This document shows, in pieces, positions 62,233 to 64,000 of a stretch of 64,000 nucleotides of DNA. How positions within the stretch are numbered: the stretch's first letter is position 1; each line of letters starts with the position of its first letter. This DNA is from a virus: positions 121,325-185,324 of IMG/VR virus record IMGVR_UViG_3300023202_000142; one strand, given 5' to 3'. Made by a program: the position numbers and the translations under genes. The notes beneath the pieces were generated by a model. It worked only from the letters and a program-made list of their open reading frames with translations. It was not told where the DNA came from and did not search any database.

Positions 62233-62708
62233 GTGACCACTACGATGAGCAGATCGATACTCTTCTGGTGACGTCGATTGACGCGGTCTCCAGGCGCATC
62301 CACGAGATTGCCGAGGCGAAGGGCTTCTGGAACTGCCAGACATGCAAGGGGCGTAAGTATCTTGTGGCTGATGGGCAGCTTCTGGTGCCCCTGGGTCCCG
62401 AGGGGAAGAATAGCGGCCAGGCGTTTGAATGTCCGGTTTGCGATGGCACCGGCATCAACAGGAACGATGGCGAGGCCATCAGCCTGATGCACTCCGAGCT
62501 GTCCGAACTGCTCGAAGGGCTGCGAGATGGCAACCCGGCCTCCGAGAAGCTCGGGGATGGCTTCACGCAGGCCGACGAGGAGGGCGCAGATCTCGTGATT
62601 CGGTTGCTGGATCTGGCGCACAAGCGGGGCTGGAAGATCGCCGAGGCCATGGTCGCGAAGATTGCGGTCAACGCAGACAGGCCGTACCTTCATGGTCGTG
62701 AATTCTGA
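62229..62708 (+). CDS. MazG-like nucleotide pyrophosphohydrolase with inserted CxxCxGx(G/K) zinc finger
   Basis: ISLMHSELSELLEGLR, EEGADLVIRLLD, K+.VN.DRPY.HG. Confidence 0.85.
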   Translation: MSDHYDEQIDTLLVTSIDAVSRRIHEIAEAKGFWNCQTCKGRKYLVADGQLLVPLGPEGKNSGQAFECPVCDGTGINRNDGEAISLMHSELSELLEGLRDGNPASEKLGDGFTQADEEGADLVIRLLDLAHKRGWKIAEAMVAKIAVNADRPYLHGREF

Positions 62709-62721
62709 CCAGGAGGACTCG

Positions 62722-62946
62722 ATGTTCTGCGAACGATATGACAACGAAGAAAGTGACCTTGTGACGGTGCTGTGTGAACGTCACCACTCGCCGCCGCGTG
62801 AGAAGATCGAGGACCTGGGTGATCTGGTCCAGGTCTACGACACCGAGACCAATGTTGCGCCGCTTCCGGGCGCGACGAACAAGGTCGCCAAGAAGGTCAC
62901 AGCATACGTCTACAGGCGCCGCCAGTTGCTCGTGGAGTCCGAGTAG
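62722..62946 (+). CDS. hypothetical protein
   Basis: AGGAGG RBS. Confidence 0.6.
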   Translation: MFCERYDNEESDLVTVLCERHHSPPREKIEDLGDLVQVYDTETNVAPLPGATNKVAKKVTAYVYRRRQLLVESE

Positions 62947-62968
62947 GACCTGTCCTATACTTGGCGCC

Positions 62969-63853
62969 ATGAAGCGGTCAGAAATCCTCCAGGAGGCGGC
63001 CAAGGGGCTCCAGGACGTTAAGCGTCAGGGATTCTATCTCGTCTACGATCATTCTGGGCGCGATGTTGAGGTCGCACTTCTGTATCCCCACGACTGGGGC
63101 TCCTCGAAGGGGTTTGTCGCCATGGGCTACCTCAAGGCGCTTCCGTCGAAGAACGTTGGTGGCGCGTCAGGACAGAAAGACACCTGGGTGGTTTACGAGG
63201 TCGGCGCCAAGAAGGGCTGGGGGCCCTTGCTCTACGATGTGTTGATGGAGTCCGTGTATCCCGACTGGATCGAGCCGCACCCTGGGCACACCAAGGCGGC
63301 AGAGAAGGTCTGGAAGTTCTATCGGAATCGGCGCAGAGATGTTGAGGTCGTTGACGGCCGACTGCGAAAGAAGCCGACCAGGCTGAAACGGTTCGCGATG
63401 ACACTGAACAAGTTTGGCTCTTCGAAGGCTGTTCGGAACTGGGTCGGCGAACCGAAGAACTACCGTAGCATCGGCATGGATTTCGGGGTCGATTATCCTG
63501 CCATCCCGGGCGCCTGGGAGTCCGTGGTCCAAGCCGTCGATCGGTTACTCGCCGAAGGGGTCTCTACGATGTGGAATGGGACTCAGATGACCCCTGGCCT
63601 CTACTTCCATCGCAGCAACGATACGCACTGGCGCTCGTCTCTGCAGGTCGAGTTTCAGCACTTGAGGCCCAAGGACAACGTCAGGGTGGCTGGAGAACGC
63701 ATCTTCATTCAGGAGGTGCATCGATTCCATGCCCTGGGCTATGATCCCGACACCCGGGAGCAAAGAGAGCTGCGCTATTTCCCCAAGGAAGACATCGTGG
63801 CCCTCAGCGACTCGACCGGCGTGATTGCAACTTCAGAAGTGATGGCACCATGA
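62969..63853 (+). CDS. two-domain protein: GNAT-like domain plus C-terminal domain after an internal leader-like motif
   Basis: VGAKKGWGPLLYD..AAEKVW; internal SVVQAVDRLLAE|G. Confidence 0.6.
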   Translation: MKRSEILQEAAKGLQDVKRQGFYLVYDHSGRDVEVALLYPHDWGSSKGFVAMGYLKALPSKNVGGASGQKDTWVVYEVGAKKGWGPLLYDVLMESVYPDWIEPHPGHTKAAEKVWKFYRNRRRDVEVVDGRLRKKPTRLKRFAMTLNKFGSSKAVRNWVGEPKNYRSIGMDFGVDYPAIPGAWESVVQAVDRLLAEGVSTMWNGTQMTPGLYFHRSNDTHWRSSLQVEFQHLRPKDNVRVAGERIFIQEVHRFHALGYDPDTREQRELRYFPKEDIVALSDSTGVIATSEVMAP

Positions 63854-64000
63854 ACATCAACAGCCTGGTCGAGCATGTCGAAGCCCTCTTGGCTGAGGGC
63901 ACCTTTGCCACTGGCGGACTGCGTATGAGCTTGAGGAAGTGGGCTGACAAGGTCGCGCGTAAGAACAAGACGAGCTGGGACCTTCAGTCCAGTAATCGTG
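63850..64000 (+). CDS. 3'-truncated protein with putative head-targeting leader
   Basis: MNINSLVEHVEALLAE|G then basic sequence. Confidence 0.65.
   Translation, partial: MNINSLVEHVEALLAEGTFATGGLRMSLRKWADKVARKNKTSWDLQSSNR

Overview
This is a GC-rich (roughly 60-65% by eye) segment of a large contractile-tailed (myovirus-type) dsDNA phage, almost all on the + strand and read in standard genetic code. No portal, terminase or major capsid gene is visible here. 1-32.4 kb is morphogenesis: head/neck accessory proteins, tail terminator, sheath, two gp19-like tubes, a tail chaperone with a -1 slippery site, tape measure, baseplate (LysM/X, hub, spike, gp25, J/gp6, gp7-like wedge), fibres and a displaced tube initiator. 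32.4-34.4 kb is holin-like gene, XRE-HTH regulator and endolysin. 35-45 kb is an array of paralogous virion/adhesion proteins. 45-64 kb holds small early/accessory genes (ParB-like, LL-H holin, J-domain, HAD nucleotidase, LPD29-like, SSB, MazG-like, GNAT-like) and one tRNA-Gln(CUG). Three features stand out. (1) Ten sigma70-like promoter cassettes carry a GTGCAC operator-like repeat between -35 and -10; most are followed by a 5' hairpin and a strong RBS, and five use the upstream gene's TGA as part of TTGAC. (2) A dispersed family of mostly basic proteins shares an (S)L..(V/I)(D/E).LL.E leader that looks like a capsid-targeting/prohead-protease signal, fused to J-domain, GNAT, ParB-like and other cargo. 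(3) A promoter-linked, tRNA-like structured RNA lies at about 48.9-49.15 kb. All family assignments come from motif recognition by eye; no database search was run.
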